Origin: Lachnospiraceae bacterium
GTDB lineage: Bacteria > Bacteroidota > Bacteroidia > Bacteroidales > Bacteroidaceae
DNA length: 64,000 nucleotides
Assembly (NCBI GenBank): GCA_963659505.1
Contig: CAVKUV010000002.1
Location: 25,427 to 89,426, forward strand
Reading direction: 5' to 3'
Positions 30,101 through 38,302 of this stretch are shown here, piece by piece; within the stretch, counting starts at the first letter, position 1; every line of letters starts with the position of its first letter. The notes beneath the pieces are model-generated. The model saw only the letters and a list, made by a program, of their open reading frames with translations, did not search any database and had not been told where the DNA came from. The translations under genes and the position numbers were made by a program.

Positions 30101-30408
30101 CGCTGCCGCGCGCATGCTATGGCGACCCGATGGGCAACAACCGCTTCAGCGACCGTTGGATTGAGGATGGCAGTTACCTGCGCCTCAAGACCGTCAAGCT
30201 GAGCTACAGCGTGCCTGTGCCAAGCTCATGGACATGGCTCCAGGGTCTCACCGTTTGGGCCGAGGCTCAGAACGTGTTCACGCTGACCAAGTATCTTGGC
30301 AGCGACCCCGAAGTGAGCGCCGCCAATGGCGTGCTCTACCAGGGTATTGACTGCGGCAACCTCTCTTACGGACGCAACTTCCTGGCAGGAGTAAAGATAA
30401 ACCTCTAA
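27112..30408 (+). CDS. SusC/RagA TonB-dependent transporter
   Basis: VLKNATALYGSRGANGVVLIETKRG, WETT, SDRWIEDGSYLRL. Confidence 0.97.
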   Translation: MKNINDIMQKYGLRLTACAFALGVNAYTFAQSVDGDDEAKEVKKPKKTAVQKAYPTVTLRGVVYDKATNKPLSGVQLQALGNKRYTAMTEEDGSFEIKVPKFVTSLYAHTPDYMSQQVGVKAGDEGQNVQIYMLSDKFAPMYSDETTITARNTAAVTRGGASVDEVIGNKLGGDVRSLSRSAAPGIGASMFIRGLNSLNANSQPLVVIDGVEQDMQYNRTSLHDGQFNNILANISPDDIENVTVLKNATALYGSRGANGVVLIETKRGHSMATRIDANISAGVSLIPKLPTMMNASQYRSYAAEMLGTISDNTELTGNNKIDYNFLNDDPNGYYYHTYHNDTDWSKEAYRTAITQNYSINVQGGDDVGMYNLSVGYMQAESTAKGNDFDRLNIRFNTDINIVKWLDTKFDISFARTNNNVFDDGVPSDLTAGAITSPTFLSLIKAPIVAPYQYNKITGGFTSLLYGADDIYSQLGSEYSLANPAAILSYGSGDNKNRAENTYFNIRLVPTFNLGRGFRLTEDVSYTLNRNAQRYHRPYNGVPSFQVAGIGTVTSKAASLFSKESNFVSDTRLDWSNNFGAHTVAAYVGFRYNYFDFDGSDLSTEYNGETSDKNPVLSTEPYPNIGGAGDVWKYMLWYANADYNYMNRYFVTLSLSAEANSRFGNKANGLKVGGVQWALFPSVQLGWVLTNESWFPKNVGIDYLRVNAGFDMSGNDDISNYAARTTYTTVRYNQKYTGLQLTNIGNDEIQWETTYKWNVGLQANLLDNRVSVGFDYFFHKTDNLLTLVNFKNPVGGINNYWTNGGSLQNNGFEVQFAFKPVVTKDWTAEVGATVGHYKNKVTKLPDGQDIVSSVYGTDNILTREGNAVGVFYGYKTEGVFSTDADAKAAGKDGYLYMTDNTGAKQYFKAGDVHFTDINGDGVIDENDKVIIGDPNPDIYGNIFANVSWKRLTLNIGFNYSLGNDIYNYQRSVLNSGSTLYNQQVAETGRWRYEGQQATLPRACYGDPMGNNRFSDRWIEDGSYLRLKTVKLSYSVPVPSSWTWLQGLTVWAEAQNVFTLTKYLGSDPEVSAANGVLYQGIDCGNLSYGRNFLAGVKINL

Positions 30409-30420
30409 TAAGCAGAAACA

Positions 30421-32313
30421 ATGAAAAAGATATTATTGTCAATGATGACATTAGCCAGCGTGTTCGGAGCCACTTCGTGCTCCGACATGCTGGAGACAGA
30501 CAGCGACCGCCAGCTGATAGACCCCTCTATCGGCCAGAAGACCGACTCCATATTCTATGCCTTTGGAGTGTTGCAGGCTGTGCAGCAGGTGGCCGACCAG
30601 TATGTGTTCACTGGCGAGATGCGTGGCGACTTGGTCAAGGTGAACGAGAACACCGACAACAATCTCCGTCAGCTCTACTTGTACACCGACACTGCCGGCT
30701 GCAAGTACGACAGTGCCTATGCCTACTACCGCATCATCAACAACTGCAACTACTACATCGCCCACCGCGACACTACGCTGCTCACGGGTAGCACCCAGGT
30801 GGCCATGCCCGAGTATGCCGCCATCAAGGCTTTCCGCGCTTGGGCTTACTTGCAGCTGGTGCGCAACTACAAGCAGGTGCCTTTCTTCACCGAGCCGCTC
30901 ACCACAATCTCGCAAATCAACGAGACACAGTTTGCCGAGAAAGACCTTTCGGGCATCGTCCAGGCCTTGGCTCCCGACTTGGAGCAGTATGCCGACATGG
31001 CCGTGCCTACAAGTGGCATCACCGGCCAGAGCATAGGTTCCACCAACTTCGGCACCGCCAAGCAGCTCACCGCCTCCAAGCAGTTTGTGCCTGTGGCTCT
31101 CATCTTGGGCGACCTCTATCTTGAGGACGGACAATATGAAAAGGCTGCCAAAGCCTATGCGCGCTACCTCATCAACAACGAGGTGCGCCTCACTCCCACA
31201 TCGGCACGCACTTCTTACGACAGAAGAAACGAGCGCGTGGAGATGCCGCAGGGATCTAACACCAGCATCCCCAACGCTACCGACTGGAGCGGCCGTTACA
31301 CAGCCAACAACCAAAGCGACCTGATCACCGCCATCACCATGCCGGTGAACAGCCGTCAGGGTGTGACCACTGCTGTGCCTGAGGCATTCGGCTACGACTA
31401 CTATGCCAAGCGTGCCGACTACATCATCGACAACATGCAGATACTTCCCTCGTCGGCTCTGCGCAACCTGAGCGACGCACAGGATGTGTACTACAAGATG
31501 GATAGTGGCAACGACGACGACATCCGCTACATCAAGGCTGGCGACCGACGCTTGTCAAACTACCTCTCGCAGACCGCAGGAAGCAACTATTATGAGGACA
31601 ACGACACCACCAAGTGGTGGATGAGCAAATACCAGTATGGCAATATGTATCTCTATCGCCAGTCTACTGTCTATCTGCACTTGGCCGAGGCTCTCAACCG
31701 CATGGGCTATCCCGATGCAGCTTTCGCCATACTCAAGGACGGCATCAGCGAGAAGCTCTTGGAGAACACCATCACCTACATTGGCGACTCCACCCGTCAG
31801 ATGCTCCAGACCACAGTGCCGTTCCTCTCGACAACCAACCTCTCTAAGTTCAGCACCAGCTATCAGGAAAGCGGCTTGAGCCGTACGCGCACATTCGTGG
31901 GCATCCACTCTTACGGAACGGCCTATACCTTCGACGGCAACTACCCCGGCAGTTCTCCCTACCAGATGGACACCATCGTGGTGAACAAGGTGAAGGAGCT
32001 TGCCGAAAAGTTCCCCGGCATTGTCAGTGTGCCTGCTACCGACAACGGCACAGTTGCCGAGATTATGGCCAAGCTGAGCACAAAGGAGATTCAGAATGCA
32101 GTTGAAGACCTCATCTGCGACGAGTATGCTCTGGAGGCTGCGTTCGAGGGAACCCGCTTCCCCGACCTGCTCCGCATGACGCGCCACAAGAACGAGGCAG
32201 GCATCTATGGAGCCAGCTTCGGCACACAGTGGCTTGTCAACAAGCTCTCTGTCGATGGCCGCGACGCCAGTGCGCTCTACAATGAGAGCCGTTGGTATCT
32301 GCCCTTCAAGTAA
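30421..32313 (+). CDS. SusD/RagB lipoprotein
   Basis: Lipobox ATSC; YYRIINNCN, RAWAYLQLVRNY, EYALEAAFEGTRFPDL. Confidence 0.92.
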   Translation: MKKILLSMMTLASVFGATSCSDMLETDSDRQLIDPSIGQKTDSIFYAFGVLQAVQQVADQYVFTGEMRGDLVKVNENTDNNLRQLYLYTDTAGCKYDSAYAYYRIINNCNYYIAHRDTTLLTGSTQVAMPEYAAIKAFRAWAYLQLVRNYKQVPFFTEPLTTISQINETQFAEKDLSGIVQALAPDLEQYADMAVPTSGITGQSIGSTNFGTAKQLTASKQFVPVALILGDLYLEDGQYEKAAKAYARYLINNEVRLTPTSARTSYDRRNERVEMPQGSNTSIPNATDWSGRYTANNQSDLITAITMPVNSRQGVTTAVPEAFGYDYYAKRADYIIDNMQILPSSALRNLSDAQDVYYKMDSGNDDDIRYIKAGDRRLSNYLSQTAGSNYYEDNDTTKWWMSKYQYGNMYLYRQSTVYLHLAEALNRMGYPDAAFAILKDGISEKLLENTITYIGDSTRQMLQTTVPFLSTTNLSKFSTSYQESGLSRTRTFVGIHSYGTAYTFDGNYPGSSPYQMDTIVVNKVKELAEKFPGIVSVPATDNGTVAEIMAKLSTKEIQNAVEDLICDEYALEAAFEGTRFPDLLRMTRHKNEAGIYGASFGTQWLVNKLSVDGRDASALYNESRWYLPFK

Positions 32314-32357
32314 CATTGCCGTTACATAGCCCCCTTGGGGCTTAAACAGATAATATC

Positions 32358-32412
32358 GAGCGTGCAGCTCCTCCCGTCAATCTGGCGACGGGAAGGCTGC
32401 ACGCTCTTTTTT
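32358..32412 (+). terminator. Intrinsic terminator of the Sus operon
   Basis: gagcgtgcagc..cccgtc / gacggg..gctgcacgctc stem followed by T6. Confidence 0.85.
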
Positions 32413-32473
32413 GTTTGGCCTTGTTTGCATGGCCTTCATTCGTTAGGCGGTTTTTTATTTTGCGTTTTTTTAC

Positions 32474-32630
32474 GGGCGCAGCGAGACGCAGCGCCTACTA
32501 AGTTTGCCTATGTGTTGCTTGGGTTAAGGCTTACGCCTTTTGGTACGGCGAGGCGCCTACTAAGTTTGCCTATGTGTCGCTTGGGTTAAGGCTTACGCCT
32601 TTTGGTACGGCGAGGCGCCGTACCTCCTAC
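32474..32630 (-). repeat. REP family B + family C pair containing a 62-bp tandem duplication
   Basis: gggcgcagcgagacgcagcgcctactaagtttgcc; unit repeated with gcgcc at 32491, 32553, 32615; ends ggtacggcgaggcgccgtacctcctac. Confidence 0.9.
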
Positions 32631-32688
32631 GTGCTTCCATCGGCACTTCCTGTGCGCTTAGTCGGCGCATAGGTAGCAAAAAGGGTGG

Positions 32689-32926
32689 TGGTAAGTTATG
32701 CCGAAGACCGTGGAAAGTCACCTCGAATGCCATGGAAAGTCATGCCAAACACGGCACAAAGTCACCTCACATCGAACGGTGTGAGTGCTCATATCGAACG
32801 ATACGCGTGTTCATATCGAACGATACGAGCACGCGTATCGTTCGATACGAGGTGACTTTCCATAGTATTCGGCATGACTTTCCATGGTCTTTGTGGCCAC
32901 TTTCCACTGGCTTTGGCACGACTTTC
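32689..32926. repeat. 22-bp periodic palindromic array 2
   Basis: aaagtca at 32714/32736/32758; atcgaacg at 32771/32793/32815; inverted cgttcgat 32839 and tgactttcca 32853/32875 plus degenerate copies. Confidence 0.85.
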
Positions 32927-33065
32927 AGCTATGTTTGGGATGAGTTTACGTGGCATCTCTTGTTCCGATGGTGGCAGAAAAGCGTTGGGCGGTTCGGCTC
33001 TTTGCGGATTATTGTTTACCTTTACAATCCGCTTTTACGCAAAGCAATAATCATAAGTAATCGAT

Positions 33066-34502
33066 ATGCCAAACAGCTCAGACTTCTATACAACGCCACA
33101 GAACGTTTCTTCCAGCAGCTTTACCGACTTCGAAGTGTTGGCCACTTCGAAATACTCGCTCATTGTCAAGGCGCGGAAGAATGGGCGGTGGTTTGTGCTC
33201 AAGGCTCTGAGTGACGACTGTCGGGGACGGTGGCAATACGAAACGCTTCTGCAAAAGGAGTATGCCATAGGCTTCCGCTTCGACCATCCCAACATTGTGC
33301 GCTACATCGACCTCCTCACCTTGCCCAACCTCGGCCATTGCATCTGGATGGAGTATGTAGTAGGGCGCAGCCTCGACGAATACCTTGCCGACTCGCCTTC
33401 GGTCAGTGAGAAGAAGCGCCTTGTGCAGCAGCTGGCGGACGGACTTAAAGCCATACATGCGGAGCAGGTAGTCCACCGCGACCTCAAGCCCTCCAACATC
33501 CTCATAACCGACAATGGCCACAATGTTAAGATAATCGACTTCGGCCTTTCCGATGCCGACAGCTATGCCATACTGAAGGAGCCGGCCGGAACGCAGGGCT
33601 TCTCGTCGCCCGAGCAGGTGGCAGGCAACGTTCCCCTCGACAACCGGGCCGACATCTATTCGCTTGGCATGGTGCTGAAGCGGTTGCAGTTGCCCTCTCG
33701 CTACAATAGGGTGATTGACAAGTGCTGCCGGGCCGACCGCGACGAGCGTTACTCGACGGTCGAAGAATTTGCTCGGGCTTTTGAGCGTTGCGGAGCGACC
33801 ACGCGCGTTGTTGGCGTTGTCGCCTGCTGCATTGTGGCGGTTGCGTTGCTCGTTGCAGTCTCTGTTTCACGCCAGTCCAGTCCTACAGCCAATGTCGGGG
33901 ACAAAGCCGTTGCCACGGCTGCTGATGGTGTGAAGGGTGTGGAAACGAATAAGTCCGTTGTGCCTTCGGATGAGACAACAACGGAAACCAATCCTCTGAA
34001 GCGACAACGGTTTGCAGAACAAGTGGTATCTACAGGTCAAGAGCCGCCCACGCCGGAGGCAACCCCATCGGAGGCAACTCCGTCGGAGTCGGCACTGTTG
34101 GCGTCAATCCCTTCGTTGAACGCCTTAACCGACCAATTGCACGAGGGCATCGACAGCATAATGAATCCCTACATACGTAAGCGTAAGGCTGGCATCACCG
34201 TTGTCGAGAATGATATTTATTTTCGCGAGATGGAGCGTAAGTATGATGCGTACCACGATTCGTTCTTTTCAAGAAGCGACCTTGGCGAGGCGCGCACAAT
34301 TCTGTTGCAGGAAAGCGGCAGATACCTGAATGTGAAGGTCTATGAATATTGTTATGCCGGCAAGCCGCGCAATCTCACTTCTGAGGAAAAACGCAAAATG
34401 AAACACCGTCAGATTCTCCGCATACGTAAGCTGCAAGACTCCCTTTATGGCAAACCTCGTCAAGATACAGCGGTTGCCCGGCTCGGAAAACCTCGCACCT
34501 GA
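33066..34502 (+). CDS. Membrane-anchored Hanks-type Ser/Thr protein kinase
   Basis: VLK, HPNIV, HRDLKPSN, DFG, GTQGFSSPE, DIYSLG; TM segment VVGVVACCIVAVALLVAVSV; P/T-rich linker. Confidence 0.92.
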   Translation: MPNSSDFYTTPQNVSSSSFTDFEVLATSKYSLIVKARKNGRWFVLKALSDDCRGRWQYETLLQKEYAIGFRFDHPNIVRYIDLLTLPNLGHCIWMEYVVGRSLDEYLADSPSVSEKKRLVQQLADGLKAIHAEQVVHRDLKPSNILITDNGHNVKIIDFGLSDADSYAILKEPAGTQGFSSPEQVAGNVPLDNRADIYSLGMVLKRLQLPSRYNRVIDKCCRADRDERYSTVEEFARAFERCGATTRVVGVVACCIVAVALLVAVSVSRQSSPTANVGDKAVATAADGVKGVETNKSVVPSDETTTETNPLKRQRFAEQVVSTGQEPPTPEATPSEATPSESALLASIPSLNALTDQLHEGIDSIMNPYIRKRKAGITVVENDIYFREMERKYDAYHDSFFSRSDLGEARTILLQESGRYLNVKVYEYCYAGKPRNLTSEEKRKMKHRQILRIRKLQDSLYGKPRQDTAVARLGKPRT

Positions 34503-34941
34503 AACTGTCGCCCACGTCAATCTTGGCGTTTTCCGACCGCTCCACCACAAAGCCATTGTCGCCCAAATAGCGAAACAGGCAGTGGCGGTTGGGTTGCCAC
34601 GTCACTTCCACGCAGTCGCCCACCGCGAGACTGTCGCTCCGCAGCAGTTCCGCTCCATAGAAGTCCGACTGCTCGTCGGCGTCGCTCAGCGACCGCACGA
34701 AGTCGTCCCAGCTTGCCTTTCCTGCATATCTGCATAGCACGTCGAAGGTGTACCGCCGCGTGTTGCCGTAGCCTTTCACGTATCCCCACAGCCGCTTCAG
34801 TGTGGATGTGCTTATGTGGCAGGCCGTGGTGCGCTCTATGCCTTCGGCTAGCCGCATGAAGTCTGTCGGTGTTGTCGGCATCTTGCCAAACCGTGCGTTT
34901 ACAGCCTTTATCAGTTCTTTTGTTTCTGGCGATTGGTTCAT
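34375..34941 (-). CDS. Hypothetical protein with putative N-terminal HTH (ISTSTLKRLWGY) and a beta-rich C-terminal domain
   Basis: 188-aa ORF with A-rich leader and TACCTTTG box on the - strand at 35033-35040; 3' end overlaps the kinase. Confidence 0.7.
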   Translation of the reverse strand: MNQSPETKELIKAVNARFGKMPTTPTDFMRLAEGIERTTACHISTSTLKRLWGYVKGYGNTRRYTFDVLCRYAGKASWDDFVRSLSDADEQSDFYGAELLRSDSLAVGDCVEVTWQPNRHCLFRYLGDNGFVVERSENAKIDVGDSFRCEVFRAGQPLYLDEVCHKGSLAAYVCGESDGVSFCVFPQK

Positions 34942-35144
34942 GCTTCTGTTTTTTTTCTTTTGTTTTTCCGTTTTAGTGAAGTGTATGTTGCGCTTCCTTG
35001 CTGCGAAGTTATTTTCCTGCTTTTAGATTGTGCAAAGGTAAAAATGTTTTTCGCCATAAATGCCATAAGAACCGAAAAGAACCAAATTTACGGTTGGCAA
35101 AAGGGTAACTTTGCAAGTGGAAGATAATAAACGAAAAACAAATT

Positions 35145-35741
35145 ATGCTCATGGGCAAACTCGGAAAAACAATTCTCACAATATGTATATGTGCAGTAGC
35201 CATATACGTTTTCACGCTTGTATACATTCATGCTGACTATAGGTATGATAAATACGGGATGGAAGAAATTGACGTTATCGGTAAAGCGACAGCAATCTAT
35301 TGCATTGTTGTGTTTTTTGTGGTATTATATGTCCTTATCTCTAAGTCTAAATCAAAAATAAAAGAGAAACCTGATGATGTCGCTGCCGACAATTTGCCAT
35401 TGGAAAAAGTGGAAGAACCGAAAGCCGTCGAGGTGCCTGTGGAGGAAACCACAAGAAACAAAGACCTGGATAAGAACAACCAATGCATCGGGACAGGCGT
35501 TATAGGACTGGAACGGTGGTATTCTTGCTATTTGATTGTTGGAATGTCTCTCATTTGTTTAGGGACTTTTTTACTTATTGTTGCTTTAGGTGTAGGTGTG
35601 TATTTAGCAATGATAGGCATTAGCCTTATTATTGGTGGCATAACTTGCCTTATCACCACGCCCTTCATAAAAGCCCTCATAACAATTGTGAAGGCGGCGA
35701 AGTTGTATATCGATAATAATCAAAAAGAAGAAGCACAATGA
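35145..35741 (+). CDS. Hypothetical membrane protein (about 4 TM segments)
   Basis: Two hydrophobic pairs separated by a charged linker; TAACTTTG box at 35106-35113; AT-rich. Confidence 0.7.
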   Translation: MLMGKLGKTILTICICAVAIYVFTLVYIHADYRYDKYGMEEIDVIGKATAIYCIVVFFVVLYVLISKSKSKIKEKPDDVAADNLPLEKVEEPKAVEVPVEETTRNKDLDKNNQCIGTGVIGLERWYSCYLIVGMSLICLGTFLLIVALGVGVYLAMIGISLIIGGITCLITTPFIKALITIVKAAKLYIDNNQKEEAQ

Positions 35742-36289
35742 GAAACATAATCTGCGCACTCTGCCTCGTGGCGTTGTTGGCATCGTGCGGCAAGAAACCG
35801 CAATTGCCACAGCCCACAACAAACAAAGATATAGATACCACAGCGATGGTTGACACCAGTGCTATCGACACGTTGGGCACATACACGGAAATGAAAGTGG
35901 AGGAGGAAAAGGAAACCGTCGAAGAATCGCCACGTGAAGAGGTTCGGCCACGTAGCTTGAGCTGGAAAGATGTTGTTGCGAGTCTTGGTAAATCATACAA
36001 GGTCATTGGTATATACACCATGTGGCAAGGCGGCACAGAACTCAATGTCATCGTTTACAGGAAAGGCGGAAGATATTACATAAGCAACTGCAAGAAGGAG
36101 CTGTCTCCATTCAATCATGAATATGCAGAGTCGCTTGTCAAGAAGTCGAGCACCACGTATGTACACAATGAGCCGGGTAGCGATATGCCCGAAAAGTTTG
36201 TCATTGCCGATGGGGCATTGCGCTCTTATTGTTACAATCCCGATATGTATGAGTGGGTGGCAATGGGTGAATATTGGAAGGTGTATTAA
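35738..36289 (+). CDS. Hypothetical lipoprotein
   Basis: Lipobox LLASC; ATGA overlap with the upstream gene. Confidence 0.75.
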   Translation: MRNIICALCLVALLASCGKKPQLPQPTTNKDIDTTAMVDTSAIDTLGTYTEMKVEEEKETVEESPREEVRPRSLSWKDVVASLGKSYKVIGIYTMWQGGTELNVIVYRKGGRYYISNCKKELSPFNHEYAESLVKKSSTTYVHNEPGSDMPEKFVIADGALRSYCYNPDMYEWVAMGEYWKVY

Positions 36290-36547
36290 TGGCGAGTTCT
36301 AAAAATCTAGCAAAGTTGACTTATAGGACCACCTTAGTGGCGGTGAAAAAATAAGTTGGTATGATTTGCGGCTTGTTTCCGCCTCTCAAAGAGGACGTTT
36401 GGCGGACTATGCGACCGATGAGAGAGACGAAAGCATCCAAAAAGATAAGCCAGAAGGTCTGGTTTAACACCTGTTTGCCATGGTTCAAATCATACCAATT
36501 TGTTTTTATCGGCACTAAATATTTTGGTAAAAGCCTTTGCTACTTTG

Positions 36548-36795
36548 GCCTCGAAGAGGCCGTATCTCAGTAACCCCACGTGCAGCGATAGCAGAACGTG
36601 GGGCTGTGTATGGGTGTGGAAACATCGGCTTCGAAGATGCCGTACATGAAGATGTCTTGTTTTCTCAGTTGCGGTATATGGCCTTTTACGCTTGTGTGCG
36701 GCATCTTCGAAGCCGATATGTAGTGTAAAGACTGCAATCCCCCACGTTCCGCTATCGCTACACGTGGGGTTACTGAGGTTCTGCCTCTTCGAGGC
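36548..36795. repeat. Large palindromic element family E (MITE-like)
   Basis: ~55-bp arms gcctcgaagaggc..ctcagtaaccccacgtg..gcgatagc..aacgtgggg and its reverse complement; inner IR 36624-36646 / 36695-36717. Confidence 0.9.
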
Positions 36796-36873
36796 TATGC
36801 TTCTGCGTTTTTTTGCACGTCAAGGTTTGCTATGGCGCAGTCTCGCACCCATTCATCCCCGTGAAGTCAGCGT

Positions 36874-37390
36874 GGCAAACTTAGTAGGCGCTGCGTCCTC
36901 GCTGCGCCCCGTGCGAAATATTATTGATGGGATGCCGGGGATACTTAGTTCGGGCGCAGCGGGGACGCAGCGCCTACTAAGTTTGCCTTGTTGGCATCGG
37001 CAGGCGTGGTCGCCATTCTCGCTTTTGTGATGCAGTTGGTATTATCTTTCGCTCTTCGAGCGATTGGTACGGCGAGGCGCCGTACCTCCTATGCGCTTCA
37101 TACTAAAGATGCAAATAAAATCTTCACTCTTCGTTAGTTAGCGCAGAGTCAGCCACTAGGAGGTACGGCGCCTCGCCGTACCAAAAAATGTAAGTTTTAA
37201 GTCTTCGTGGTTTTGCTTGTTGTCCTTGTGATGCAAACTTAGTAGGCGCTGCGTCCTCGCTGCGCCCTCATAGTGTCAGAACTTTGCTTCTTAGCTCGGG
37301 CGCAGCGGGGACGCAGCGCCTACTAAGTTTGCCCCAAGCTATTCATGTGTGGGTGATTGTTGCGGCGAGGGCGCCGTATCTCCTATGCCC
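36874..37390. repeat. Cluster of REP families B and C
   Basis: Inverted B pairs 36874-36987 and 37233-37332; C copies 37064-37091 and 37157-37184, plus a degenerate copy ~37363-37386. Confidence 0.9.
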
Positions 37391-37403
37391 TCGCCATTGA
37401 GCC

Positions 37404-38276
37404 TCACAGCCCCAGCAGCTCCTTTGCCTCTTCAGAAAGATATGGCTTGATGTCCTTCGCGGCGATGCCGAAAGTGATGGCACCCACGGCATACGAGGCA
37501 ATCTCGTATGGCTGGTAGCTGAACTTCAGGCTGTCGTTGTCGATCCACGGACTGTGTGCCGGCAGGGGGATTAGTCCGTCGTCGGGCAATATCAGATAGT
37601 CGGCGAGCGTCGAGTCGGCCACGTTGTCGATGCCGCAGGCTTTTAGGCACCTCAGCGCACCCTTTCGCAACAGCGGCTGCAAGTCGGCCAGCCGCTTCGC
37701 GACGACCATGTCGCCAACGGGCTTGTTAGTCAGTCGGCTTATGTTCTTGCAGTAGAGTGTGCGCAAGGGGTGAGCGCCGCCCAGGTAGCTGTCGTTGACT
37801 ATGCGGTAGGTGATGTATGTTGGCGTTGTCGCCTCCACACTTATGTCTATCTGCTGCGACATGGTGGGCATGTCGCGCCCGTTGTTGTATGCGTCTTTCC
37901 ATCCCCTGCGCACCTCGTTCAGATAGCTCACGGTGCCGTCGCCATAATAGTCTACGAGCCGCTTGCCGTCGTCGGTGCTTCCACTATATGTGGGATACTT
38001 TGCCACGCTTGCCGTGTCGTCAGGGTCGCTTAGCGGCAAGTAGAGCGAGGCCAGTTCGCCGGCGATGAAGTTCCTTGCGCCCATTGCCAAACTGTCGTCG
38101 CCCGTGGGGTAGCAAACAGTGATGGCACACTTTATGGCGTTGCCCATGGTGGAGTCGTAGGCTATGGTGTCAACGGCAAACTCGCGTGCCGATGTGTTTT
38201 GTGTGGCCATCTTGCATCCCGTGGCGCACAGTGATGCGGCGGCAAAGGCAATGGCGGCAAAATATAGTTTCTTCAT
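37404..38276 (-). CDS. RsiV/DUF3298-family lipoprotein
   Basis: Lipobox ATGC; YLGGAHP and YQPYEIASYAVG motifs. Confidence 0.85.
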   Translation of the reverse strand: MKKLYFAAIAFAAASLCATGCKMATQNTSAREFAVDTIAYDSTMGNAIKCAITVCYPTGDDSLAMGARNFIAGELASLYLPLSDPDDTASVAKYPTYSGSTDDGKRLVDYYGDGTVSYLNEVRRGWKDAYNNGRDMPTMSQQIDISVEATTPTYITYRIVNDSYLGGAHPLRTLYCKNISRLTNKPVGDMVVAKRLADLQPLLRKGALRCLKACGIDNVADSTLADYLILPDDGLIPLPAHSPWIDNDSLKFSYQPYEIASYAVGAITFGIAAKDIKPYLSEEAKELLGL

Positions 38277-38302
38277 GTCTTAGGTGAGTTCTATATTAGG
38301 TT

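Noticed and set aside
32732..33214. 160-aa ORF upstream of and overlapping the kinase
   Set aside because: Runs through the 22-bp repeat array and overlaps the kinase out of frame; no motifs
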